Below are positions 10,320 through 19,289 of a stretch of 64,000 nucleotides of DNA, piece after piece. A program made the translations under genes and the position numbers. A model generated the notes under the pieces. The model had not been told where the DNA came from and searched no databases. It saw nothing but the letters and a program-made list of their open reading frames with translations. The stretch is from Clostridia bacterium. Its GTDB lineage: Bacteria; Bacillota; DTU086. Within the stretch, counting starts at the first letter, position 1. Every line of letters starts with the position of its first letter. The stretch is from the NCBI GenBank assembly GCA_012523575.1, contig JAAYIF010000052.1, forward strand, positions 14,635-78,634. The letters run 5' to 3'.

Positions 10320-10647
10320 CCTGCTTATTTCTCCTTTTTCCCAAATAAGCAGCCTTAACATATTCTCTTTCCAGCATCTTCCACCCTTTTGTGCTTAAAA
10401 ATTTGTCCGTCTCCAGGATATGGCCACAATCTGCGTGCAGGGCCATATTGGCATTATGTTTTTTAAGAGAATAATTTCCCTTAACACGAATCTTTTCTAT
10501 TATTCCGAAAATATCCCTTACAAACAGGGGAATCATCCTCAGAGAGGCTCGTCCATCTTCAGAATCATAGGATAAAACCTCAGCGCCCTTTTCACTGCCG
10601 ATATTTGCTGCTCTCCACCCGGACAAAGTTCCCACCATCTGCCACAA
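10320..10647 (-). pseudogene. Decayed 3' fragment of a livF-like ABC ATPase gene
   Basis: Translation WQMVGTLSGW...ALHADCGHILETDKFLS...EYVKAAYLGKRRNKQ aligns with the C-terminal ~110 aa of intact LivF at 12312-13064 (WQLAGTLSGGEQQ...ALHIADWGYVLETGKIVLS...EVKAAYLGKKRQ). The Walker-B/LSGGQ region is degraded and the stop is lost. Confidence 0.55.
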
Positions 10648-10769
10648 GTACCCCTAAGCTTGTGGAAAAACACTTATATCCAAACGCTGTTTGATAGCAA
10701 AGATAGCAAAAGGCTTACATTCCTTATAGATAAGGTAAAAAAAATAGCCAGTAGCATTTTTTGAAACTG

Positions 10770-11891
10770 TCATTTTACGAATCCATATTTATTTTTTAAA
10801 TACTCTTTTCTGATATCATCTATGCTTTTTAATTTACCGTTACGAATAACGTACCAATAGTTATAACCATTAACCCTTTTAGCTCTGCCCCCTTTAGCTT
10901 TTGCTGCGCAAGAATGCATATCCATTTCTTCTCCCCTAAAAACAAGTTTTCCGTTAGCTTTCAGTCTAGCCTCCGCTGATTTATTCTTTAGAAAAAAGCT
11001 TTCTCCTTCAATGAAATAACCGTCTTGTATCATTTGTTGCATAGTTACCTTTGGAGGCTTTTCATCAAATTTTGCTTTTTCTATATCTCCTATGTGAGTG
11101 ACAGTTGATGCTAATCTTTTTTCTCCGTATTCACAATATTTTTTGTCTTTTTCAATCATAATATAGTTTCTTCCCATTCTTTTTGCGACTACACCCGTTG
11201 TCATGGTTCCAGCAAATGGATCTAAAACAAGATCTCCAACTTTTGAAGATATGGCAATAATTCTGTAAAGAAGTTCTTCCGGTTTCTGTGTGCTATGAAG
11301 TTTTTCTCCTTTATCATCTTTTAATCTCTCATTACCCTGACAAATACCTATTCTCCAAACAGAACCTAACTGCTTTCTAACACCATTTCTGTATTCTTCC
11401 TCGCTTACAGTATCCTTATTGAGTTCTTTTGCGGTTTTATAATTGAAGGTAAACTTTGATTTTTGCGACTTTGTTGCCCATATCAAGGTTTCATGACTGT
11501 TGTTTAATCTTACTCCTCTAAAGTTAGGGGTTGGATTTTTTTTATACCATATAACATCGTTAATAAGCCAAAAACCTATTCTTTGCATTATTGCTCCAAT
11601 GGTATATATACATTGCATACCTCCTATTACCCAGATAGAGCCATCCTTTTTCAAAACTCTTTTACATTCGCTGAGCCATTTTTCTGTAAAATTTTCATAA
11701 TCCTCTAATGTTGTAAACTGATTGTCCCACTCGTCAACGCAACCATCAAACTCTGTTCCTTCCACTCTATGCAAAACTCCTTCAACTCTCATCCAATAAG
11801 GAGGATCTGCGAAAATTAGATCAACACTGTCATCTGGTATTTTTTTTAATTCCACCAAAGCATCTCCATTAATAACTACATTTTTTTCCAT
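10770..11891 (-). CDS. N6-adenine DNA methyltransferase, beta class, CcrM/M.HinfI family (predicted GANTC); orphan
   Basis: 373 aa. Motif IV DLIFADPPY precedes motif I LDPFAGTMTTG. Near-colinear similarity to CcrM (KRVLKDDG(S/T)(I/L)WVIG…WxLNDIxWxKxNPxPNFxG…HETLIWA…HxTQKPE(E/A)LLYR…LDPFxGxGTTG…) including a C-terminal extension. No adjacent restriction endonuclease. Confidence 0.85.
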   Translation of the reverse strand: MEKNVVINGDALVELKKIPDDSVDLIFADPPYWMRVEGVLHRVEGTEFDGCVDEWDNQFTTLEDYENFTEKWLSECKRVLKKDGSIWVIGGMQCIYTIGAIMQRIGFWLINDVIWYKKNPTPNFRGVRLNNSHETLIWATKSQKSKFTFNYKTAKELNKDTVSEEEYRNGVRKQLGSVWRIGICQGNERLKDDKGEKLHSTQKPEELLYRIIAISSKVGDLVLDPFAGTMTTGVVAKRMGRNYIMIEKDKKYCEYGEKRLASTVTHIGDIEKAKFDEKPPKVTMQQMIQDGYFIEGESFFLKNKSAEARLKANGKLVFRGEEMDMHSCAAKAKGGRAKRVNGYNYWYVIRNGKLKSIDDIRKEYLKNKYGFVK

Positions 11892-12168
11892 ATAATATAT
11901 CTCTCTCCTTCTCTTGCTTTTCTAATAAGGTCTATTAAATTTTAATAGCAGAAACCGCCACCATAAATTTCTGTGAATTCTAGACATCTTTTGATGTTTA
12001 CAATCCTCCGCCGGGAAAGCCACTCTTTCATGGGTGGAATGAAGAGGTGGAGGATCGTAAACTGATCATGTAACGTCCCATCTCGTTTGTTGGTTTTGAC
12101 AACTACAAACATACGGAAAAAACGTGACTACGGGAAGGGCTTTTTTTGGCTCTTCCCATAGTTTTTGA

Positions 12169-12206
12169 TTTTTGCCACGAAATTTTATTTTTGCCACGAA
12201 ATTTTA
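12169..12206. repeat. Perfect 19-bp tandem direct repeat (TTTTTGCCACGAAATTTTA x2)
   Basis: Two identical adjacent copies at 12169-12187 and 12188-12206, between the livF terminator and the methyltransferase gene. Confidence 0.9.
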
Positions 12207-12221
12207 CTTAAAGAAATTCAT

Positions 12222-12290
12222 AAAAAAAACCGTCGAACCCCAAGGTTTTTGCTATACCTGAGGTCGACGACATTATTTGCAATCCAATTT
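12222..12290 (-). terminator. Terminator of the liv operon
   Basis: Minus-strand imperfect hairpin (CGTCGACC…GGTTCGACGG) followed by TTTTTTTT, immediately after the livF stop. Confidence 0.5.
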
Positions 12291-12311
12291 CGATTCAAAG
12301 GGCAACTGCTG

Positions 12312-13064
12312 CTAAATAGCTGAGGCCTGTCTTTTCTTACCCAAATATGCAGCCTTAACTTCTTCGTTCTCCAGCAGTTCCTTCCCTGTTCCGCTCAAAA
12401 CTATTTTCCCCGTTTCCAATACGTAACCCCAATCCGCTATGTGCAGGGCAGCATTGGCATTCTGTTCTATAAGCAGTATGGTTACTCCGTTGTTGTAGAT
12501 TTGCTGAATAATGGAAAATATGCTTTTAACAATTAACGGTGCCAGTCCAAGGGAAGGTTCGTCCATCATCAGAATCTTTGGTCGGGACATCAGGGCTCTT
12601 CCCACCGCCAGCATTTGCTGTTCTCCTCCGGACAAGGTTCCCGCCAGCTGCCACGACCGTTCCTTAAGTCTGGGGAATAGCTCGTATACCCACGCCAGGT
12701 CTTTTTTTATTTGCTCTTTATTGTTTCTCAAATACGCCCCGATCAGCAGGTTTTCGTAAACCGTCAGGTTTGGAAAAACCCGGCGCCCTTCAGGTACCAG
12801 AGTAATTCCCCTGGCAACGATCTCCGAGGTTTTTAACCCGGTGATGTCTTCTCCCTGGTAGGTTATTTTCCCTGATTTTACCTTCACTAATCCCATAATG
12901 GAACGAAGGGTGGTGGATTTCCCAGCCCCGTTAGCTCCAATCAAAGTGACAATGCTGCCCTCGGGCACCTCAATGGTTATCCCCTTAAGGGCTTCAATAC
13001 CGCCATAGCTCACCGTAAGGTTTTCAACTTTAAGCACCTTCTTCCACCCCCAGATAGGCCTCAA
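12312..13064 (-). CDS. livF: Branched-chain amino acid ABC transporter ATP-binding protein LivF
   Basis: 250 aa. Walker A GANGAGKST, signature LSGGEQQ. Last gene of livJHMGF. Confidence 0.9.
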   Translation of the reverse strand: MRPIWGWKKVLKVENLTVSYGGIEALKGITIEVPEGSIVTLIGANGAGKSTTLRSIMGLVKVKSGKITYQGEDITGLKTSEIVARGITLVPEGRRVFPNLTVYENLLIGAYLRNNKEQIKKDLAWVYELFPRLKERSWQLAGTLSGGEQQMLAVGRALMSRPKILMMDEPSLGLAPLIVKSIFSIIQQIYNNGVTILLIEQNANAALHIADWGYVLETGKIVLSGTGKELLENEEVKAAYLGKKRQASAI

Positions 13065-13815
13065 TAACCTTTGGATCGTTTTGAACTTCTTCGGCGGTTC
13101 CTTTGGCTATGGTTTCACCAAAGTCTAGAACGTATATCCGCTGGGAAATCTCCATCACCAGATCCATGTGGTGCTCTATCAACAGCACCGTGAGATCGTA
13201 TTTATCCTTAATCTCTCTGATAAAGTGTGTCAGCTCTTCCGTTTCCTTTGGGTTCATCCCCGCCGCGGGTTCGTCCAGAAGGAGGAGTTTGGGTTCCGTG
13301 GCAAGGGCCCGAGCAATTTCCAGTCTCCTCTGAACTCCGTAGGGCAGGGAAGAAGCCTGATCATCTTGGTATCTGGACAAACCAAATTCTTCGATGAGCC
13401 TGTGGACCTTTTCCCGCATTCTTTTTTCTTCGGCTCTATACTTGGGAAATCTTAATGCAGCACCGGCAAAATTGGACTGCAGGCGAAGGTGACAAGCAAT
13501 CATAATGTTCTCCCATACGGAAAGTTTTTTAAAGAGCCTGATGTTTTGAAAGGTTCTGGCCACACCCATTCTGGTAATCTGGTCAGGTTTAAGTCCCGTA
13601 ATGTCCTTTCCATCGTAAATAACTTTGCCCTTGGTGGGAGCATAGACCCCCGTAATTATGTTAAAGGCGGTGGTTTTCCCTGCTCCGTTGGGTCCGATGA
13701 GGGCCACAATTTCCCCTTTATTTACCTCTATGGAAAGATTGTTAACAGCGGTAAGTCCCCCAAACTTTATGGTAACTTCCTGGGTCTCAAGCAGAGGGTT
13801 TGAGTTTGTTGTCAT
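13030..13815 (-). CDS. livG: Branched-chain amino acid ABC transporter ATP-binding protein LivG
   Basis: 261 aa. Walker A GPNGAGKTT. LivG-type insertion. Confidence 0.9.
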   Translation of the reverse strand: MTTNSNPLLETQEVTIKFGGLTAVNNLSIEVNKGEIVALIGPNGAGKTTAFNIITGVYAPTKGKVIYDGKDITGLKPDQITRMGVARTFQNIRLFKKLSVWENIMIACHLRLQSNFAGAALRFPKYRAEEKRMREKVHRLIEEFGLSRYQDDQASSLPYGVQRRLEIARALATEPKLLLLDEPAAGMNPKETEELTHFIREIKDKYDLTVLLIEHHMDLVMEISQRIYVLDFGETIAKGTAEEVQNDPKVIEAYLGVEEGA

Positions 13816-14885
13816 TGCACTTCACCACTCTTTACACGACGCAGTTTAAAGCGTTTGCCGAAGTTTTTTATCATTTCCCAATTTATTTCCCTGGTTCCCA
13901 TTAAACCGTCACGGTAGAACAGAACAATGATCATCAGGAGCAGGGAAAAGATAACCATTCTGAACCCGGGCCTGAACAACGGGATGGCAATGCCTCCTAT
14001 GGACAGCGGTTCGTCCAGGAAGCGAAGCCACTCCTGCCCGGCGGTGACGACGTAAGCGGAAATGATGGTGCCGGAAACACTTCCCATTCCGCCCAAGACA
14101 ATAATGAGCAGGAAGTTGTAGGTTAGTACAAACAGGAAGTTTTTGGGGTCCACGGTACCCAGCAAAGCTGCATAAAGTCCCCCTCCAATGCCTGCAAAGA
14201 AAGCGCCTATCATAAAGGACATCATTTTATGTTTGAAGAGATTTATACCCATTGCTTCGGCGGCAATTTCATCTTCCCTTATGGCCTTAAAGGCTCTGCC
14301 GTAGCTGGAATTGATGAGCAGCACAATAAAAGCAATGGAAATGATCATGGTAATATAAATCCACCAGATATTTGCCACCGGGGGAATGTTTTTAATACCC
14401 AGTGACCCGTTGGTTATGCTCTGGGCATTGGTAATAACAATTCGAATAATTTCTGAAAAGCCCAATGTAGCAATGGCCAGGTAGTCGTCCCTTAACCTCA
14501 GAACCGGTGCACCGATTAAAAAGGCAATAAAAGCGGATAAAAGCCCCCCTAAAATTAGGGCCACTATAAAGGGCATTTCAATGTCCGCAATAGCTGGATG
14601 CATGGGTTTCATGAAATACACCATGGGCCTGATCTCCACGGGAACGGTAAAAATACCCACCATGTAAGCCCCAATGGCCATAAACCCCGCATGGCCCAGG
14701 GAAAACAATCCCGTAAAACCGTTAATGAGGTTCATGGACAGGGCCAAGATGGTGTAGATGGCACACAGGTTAAGCACCCGCTGGACGTACAGGTTAAAAA
14801 ACTTGTCAGCAACTGCAATAAAAACAAAAAGTCCTGCAATGAGAATTATGGAAAGTATTTTATCTTCCTTTTTCATACTGGTCAC
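13812..14885 (-). CDS. livM: Branched-chain amino acid ABC transporter permease LivM
   Basis: 357 aa, polytopic. Overlaps livH/livG by 4 nt. Confidence 0.85.
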   Translation of the reverse strand: MTSMKKEDKILSIILIAGLFVFIAVADKFFNLYVQRVLNLCAIYTILALSMNLINGFTGLFSLGHAGFMAIGAYMVGIFTVPVEIRPMVYFMKPMHPAIADIEMPFIVALILGGLLSAFIAFLIGAPVLRLRDDYLAIATLGFSEIIRIVITNAQSITNGSLGIKNIPPVANIWWIYITMIISIAFIVLLINSSYGRAFKAIREDEIAAEAMGINLFKHKMMSFMIGAFFAGIGGGLYAALLGTVDPKNFLFVLTYNFLLIIVLGGMGSVSGTIISAYVVTAGQEWLRFLDEPLSIGGIAIPLFRPGFRMVIFSLLLMIIVLFYRDGLMGTREINWEMIKNFGKRFKLRRVKSGEVQ

Positions 14886-15829
14886 ACCTTTTCTGCAATC
14901 TTTTCACCAAGTATTCCCGTCGGTCTGAACAGTAAAATAAGAATTAAAAGGATAAAAGCAAAGGCATCACGATACCCCGTCAGGGAAGGAAGCAGGGCAA
15001 TGAGCATAATTTCACCAAAACCCAATATAAAGCCTCCCAGCACCGCTCCTGGAATATTTCCAATACCTCCCACCACCGCCGCTATGAAGCACTTAAGACC
15101 GGGCATAACGCCCATCATGGGCTGTACCTGGGGATACCTGGTTCCCCACATAATGGCACCCACGGCTGCCAGAGCGGAACCAATGGCAAAGGTAAAGGTA
15201 ATTACCCGGTTTATGTCCACACCCATAACCATGGCCGTTTCATAATCCCTGGAAACCGCCCTCATGGCCATACCCACTTTGGTTTTATTAACGATGTAAA
15301 GGAGGACGGCCAGAAAAATCAGCGTAACAACGGGTATAAAAAAGGTAACTATCTGAATGGAAACACCGCCTATTACCACGGTATCGGCAAAAAAAGCTAT
15401 TTCCGGAAAAGCCTTGGGCTTACCGGAAAATAAGTAAGTGGCCAGGTTTTCCAGAAAAAACGATGCGCCGATGGCAGAAATAAGTATAGAATTCTTGGGA
15501 GCATCCCTTAGGGGCCTGTAGGCTACACGTTCCAGAGTAATACCCAAAAGGGCAGTTGCCACAATAACCAGTATAAATGAAATGGGCCATGGCAGATGGA
15601 AAACAGCAATGCCGAAAAAGGCAAAATATGCAGCCATCATAAAAATATCTCCGTGGGCGAAGTTGATCAATCTGAGAATTCCGTAAACCATGGTGTAGCC
15701 AATGGCAATCAAAGCATACAGGCTGCCCAGGGAAACCCCGTTAGCAAAGTACTGCCATAAACTACTGCTTGAAACGGCATCAGCAGTTGCCGGAATAAAT
15801 AAAGCGTTTATAAATATATCACTTACCAC
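14882..15829 (-). CDS. livH: Branched-chain amino acid ABC transporter permease LivH
   Basis: 315 aa, polytopic permease. Confidence 0.85.
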   Translation of the reverse strand: MVSDIFINALFIPATADAVSSSSLWQYFANGVSLGSLYALIAIGYTMVYGILRLINFAHGDIFMMAAYFAFFGIAVFHLPWPISFILVIVATALLGITLERVAYRPLRDAPKNSILISAIGASFFLENLATYLFSGKPKAFPEIAFFADTVVIGGVSIQIVTFFIPVVTLIFLAVLLYIVNKTKVGMAMRAVSRDYETAMVMGVDINRVITFTFAIGSALAAVGAIMWGTRYPQVQPMMGVMPGLKCFIAAVVGGIGNIPGAVLGGFILGFGEIMLIALLPSLTGYRDAFAFILLILILLFRPTGILGEKIAEKV

Positions 15830-15841
15830 TTTTATTCACCA

Positions 15842-15885
15842 CCGTTTATCAAAACATCTTCGGCAAGCAGAAAGCTTGCCGAAGA
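15842..15885 (-). terminator. Intercistronic hairpin/attenuating terminator between livJ and livH
   Basis: Perfect 15-bp stem ACATCTTCGGCAAGC/GCTTGCCGAAGATGT followed by TTTTGAT. Confidence 0.55.
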
Positions 15886-15917
15886 TGTTTTTTTATACTC
15901 TCTTACTTACAAAACCT

Positions 15918-17087
15918 TTAATTGGCTTTAACGATGTCAAGGTAGACAAATTTTCCGTTCTTAACTGTCTTGATAACTGCGTCTTTAATGGCGTCGCCGT
16001 TTTCATCAAGGGTGATCATACCGGCTGCTCCCTCGAAGTCTTTTGTTTCGGCTAAAGCATCGCGGATAGCCTGGGGATCAGCAGAGTTTGCCCTCTTAAT
16101 GGCGTCAAGGATCAAGATGTATGCGTCGTAACCCAGAGCGGTAACGGCAGCAGGTTCCTTGTCGGGATATTCCTCTGCATAAGCTTCGAGGAATTTCTTG
16201 GATTCGGGGGTAAAGGTTACCGATGGATCAAAGAACGTTGAGAAAACTATCCCTTCTACTTCTTTTCCGCCCACTTTCAGGAATTCATCGGTTTCCCAGG
16301 TATCGCCGCCGATAATCGGGGTCTCAATACCAAGCTTTCTTGCCTGCTTGATTATAAGGGCGGATTCAGTAAAGTTGCCGGGAGCAAAGATTACGTCGGG
16401 ATTTTTGGACTTAATGCTGGTAAGCTGTGCAGAAAAGTCGTTGTCCCCGGTTTGATAATTGGAAACCTCAACCACTGCATTGGGGTCCCCTGTGAGTCTC
16501 ACAAATTCTTCCTTGAAGAAATTGGCAAGGCCTACGGCATAGTCATTGGAAACCTCTTGAATTATGGCAGCCTTTCTGGCATTGAGTTTTTCAAAGGCAT
16601 ATTTGGCCATAACGGTTCCCTGGAATGGGTCGATGAAGCAGACCCTGAAGTAGTAATCATTGCCCTGGGTAACCAGAGGGTTAGTACAGGAAGCTCCCAC
16701 CGCGGGAACCTGCTTTTCCTTTACAATGTTACCGGCAGCAATGGAAAAAGCAGAACCCCATGAACCGATAATGGCTGATACATTTTCCTTCTCAATTAAA
16801 CGGGCAACGGCGGATGCTGCCTCGGCTTTGTCCGATTTGTTGTCAACAATAACAAGCTCCACTTTTTTACCCAGCACTTCCGGATAAAGCTTATTGGCGA
16901 GCTTTACCCCTTCCAGTTCCAGCTCACCGCCGGCAGCATTGGCCCCGGTCAAAGGCTGGAACACACCTATTTTAATAACGTCTTCAGATCCCGATGTGCT
17001 TTCTCCTTGGCCTCCACAGCCTGCAACGCTAGCTATTAGCAAAAAACACAAAAAAATAGAAATGGCCTTTTTCATTTTTAAGTTCAT
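15918..17087 (-). CDS. livJ: Branched-chain amino acid ABC transporter substrate-binding lipoprotein
   Basis: 389 aa. Signal peptide plus lipobox LIASVAGCGG. Type I periplasmic-binding fold. Confidence 0.85.
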   Translation of the reverse strand: MNLKMKKAISIFLCFLLIASVAGCGGQGESTSGSEDVIKIGVFQPLTGANAAGGELELEGVKLANKLYPEVLGKKVELVIVDNKSDKAEAASAVARLIEKENVSAIIGSWGSAFSIAAGNIVKEKQVPAVGASCTNPLVTQGNDYYFRVCFIDPFQGTVMAKYAFEKLNARKAAIIQEVSNDYAVGLANFFKEEFVRLTGDPNAVVEVSNYQTGDNDFSAQLTSIKSKNPDVIFAPGNFTESALIIKQARKLGIETPIIGGDTWETDEFLKVGGKEVEGIVFSTFFDPSVTFTPESKKFLEAYAEEYPDKEPAAVTALGYDAYILILDAIKRANSADPQAIRDALAETKDFEGAAGMITLDENGDAIKDAVIKTVKNGKFVYLDIVKAN

Positions 17088-17386
17088 ATTCCCAACCCCT
17101 TTACAAAAATTTAAATAATTAAAAGCAGTTTAATCTTAATTAACTTACAACATACAGTCCGCCCCCCTTCTACAAAACCTTAGTAAATGTACGCCTCTCA
17201 TGGACAAAGATTTTATAGTATTATGTATAAGACATAATAATTGTTCGATTTCCTTCGTTTACGACTGAAAATCCCTTTTTTTTCTATTTACCAACCAAAC
17301 TTAATTGCCCAACAAAAAATTCTAGATTTTAAGCCGAACTCCTGCTTTATTACGTTCAAATAAAAAGACATAAATAAAAAAATTTA

Positions 17387-17986
17387 TCATCCCGTTCTTT
17401 TTACTTTCTCCGCCCCTTGTAAAAAGAGCTCTATTATAAAGGACGCCTTTTCCCTAGGGCCTTCGCCGTCTAAATTATAAACGCCGTACGCCTGAAACAT
17501 AAAAACCGCGCCCCGCAGGAAAACCGCGGCCCTATAAGTGTCCTTTACTGCAAAAATCCCTTTCCTGCACCCTTCTTCAAGGGCACTTTTAATGAAGCTT
17601 ACGTGCTTCTTCTGTATGTTCATGTACCAGTCGGGAAAGGAGGGGTCCACCATACCCACCACGTTTATGTTAAGCCTGGCAAAGGAAGCGTTTTCGTCGT
17701 AAAATCTAATTTCATTTTCTATGTATTCTCTTATTCTTTCTTTTGGACACTCAATGGAATTCAATTTTTCCGCGCTCTCCTCATGCCTTCTGGAAAGCCA
17801 TTTAAGTATGTTGTTCATCAGCTCTTTTTTGTCCTTGAAGTAGAGGTAAAAGGTGCCCTTGGCCACACGGGCCCTGCGGGTTATTTCCTCAACAGTAGCG
17901 GAATGATAGCCTTTTTGTGCAAAGAGCTCCGCCCCTGCCTTTAAAAGCCGCTCCTTTTTATCCCTTTTCTTTTCCGCAACGTCCAT
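17387..17986 (-). CDS. TetR family transcriptional regulator
   Basis: 199 aa. N-terminal HTH GYHSATVEEITRRARVAKGTFYLYFKDK. Confidence 0.85.
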   Translation of the reverse strand: MDVAEKKRDKKERLLKAGAELFAQKGYHSATVEEITRRARVAKGTFYLYFKDKKELMNNILKWLSRRHEESAEKLNSIECPKERIREYIENEIRFYDENASFARLNINVVGMVDPSFPDWYMNIQKKHVSFIKSALEEGCRKGIFAVKDTYRAAVFLRGAVFMFQAYGVYNLDGEGPREKASFIIELFLQGAEKVKRTG

Positions 17987-18054
17987 ATAACCTCACCCTT
18001 AAATGCAAAAATGCCCATGCCCATGGGGACATGGGGAATTAATTATTAATTATA

Positions 18055-19224
18055 TTAAATCCTTTCCATTTTGGGGGAAGATCCCGACTTTTCCCTTTTG
18101 GTAAATACTGCCCCAAGGATCACGGAAATGATCGCCATTAAAGAAAGAACCTTTAAGGTTTTTCCCAAAAATTCCATTCCCAGCCCCTTTATGGCTGCAA
18201 GCCTTATCCCTTCTGCCATCCAGGTGTAGGGTAGAACATCGGCAAAGGTTCTTACCCAGTTAGCCATGTAGGCCTTGGGCCATGTGAAACCGGAAATCAT
18301 AAATAGAGGTACCGACAGCAGAAGCATGTACCGGGTAACCTGAAGGGAAGTTTTTGCATGAACGGAAATGAAGAATCCTATGGAAGTCACTATGATAACA
18401 AATAAAATACCCAGCAGCACCAAAAGATAAGTACTGCCCTTTATGTTTATGTTCATAAATTCCGAGGAAAACCACAAAAGCAGGGCATAGTTAAATAAGT
18501 TTGAAATACAGTAGGGCAGGGTTTTGCCAATATATATTTTCCACGGCGGCACCGGGGAAGAAAGAAACTGCACCCACGAATTGTTGCTTTTTTCTCTGGT
18601 TACGGAAAGGGCGGCGGTATACATTCCTATCTGGTGAATGATCATCATTAAAATGCCGGGGAAGATAAAAACGGCATAGTTCAAAGTGGGATTATACCAG
18701 ATCTGATATTCGTAACTCACAGCATCTAGGGTGCTTTTGATCTCCCCCTCCGTCATGCCTGTCCCCGCAAGGTATGAAGCGGCACATCGGGCGTTCAGGG
18801 TATTGATCACCTGAAGGGCGTTTTTTCTTATGTTGTATGCGGAGATAAGGTTGGAGGCATCGTAGGCCACCAGGACTTCCGTTCCCCGGCTATTCGTGAC
18901 GTCCCTTTCAAAGTTTTCGGGAATCACCACACCGGCCTTTAGCCTGCCTTCTTTTACTTGCCTTTCAAGTTCGCCGAAGTTTTCCACCCCTTCCCTAACG
19001 CTGAACTGGGGAGAGTTTTTAAAATTTTCCACCAGCTCACGGCTAAGCCCGGAATGGTCCAGGTCAACGATGCCAATGGGTATGCTGTCAAAGATTCCTT
19101 CAACGTAGGCCAAACCGATAACAGCAGCATAAAAGAGGGGTACCACCAGCACCATAAGGGTCAGTATCCTGTTTCTAAATATGTGGAGGGTCTCGTAAAA
19201 GGCAATGTTCAAAATCTGCCGCAA
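18055..19224 (-). CDS. ABC-2 type transporter permease
   Basis: 389 aa. N-terminal TM, large extracytoplasmic loop, C-terminal TM bundle (YhgE/ABC-2 topology). Confidence 0.75.
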   Translation of the reverse strand: MRQILNIAFYETLHIFRNRILTLMVLVVPLFYAAVIGLAYVEGIFDSIPIGIVDLDHSGLSRELVENFKNSPQFSVREGVENFGELERQVKEGRLKAGVVIPENFERDVTNSRGTEVLVAYDASNLISAYNIRKNALQVINTLNARCAASYLAGTGMTEGEIKSTLDAVSYEYQIWYNPTLNYAVFIFPGILMMIIHQIGMYTAALSVTREKSNNSWVQFLSSPVPPWKIYIGKTLPYCISNLFNYALLLWFSSEFMNINIKGSTYLLVLLGILFVIIVTSIGFFISVHAKTSLQVTRYMLLLSVPLFMISGFTWPKAYMANWVRTFADVLPYTWMAEGIRLAAIKGLGMEFLGKTLKVLSLMAIISVILGAVFTKREKSGSSPKMERI

Positions 19225-19289
19225 AACCGTTCACCGTCCTTATAAGAAAGCTTTTTAAAAAGCCGTTATTTCATTCAGCCTTTTCATTT

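Noticed and set aside
10105-10647. 180-aa ORF called across the island
   Set aside because: Only the first ~110 codons resemble LivF; the rest is readthrough after loss of the stop and overlaps the 3' end of the CorA-like gene. Treated as a pseudogene fragment, not a CDS.
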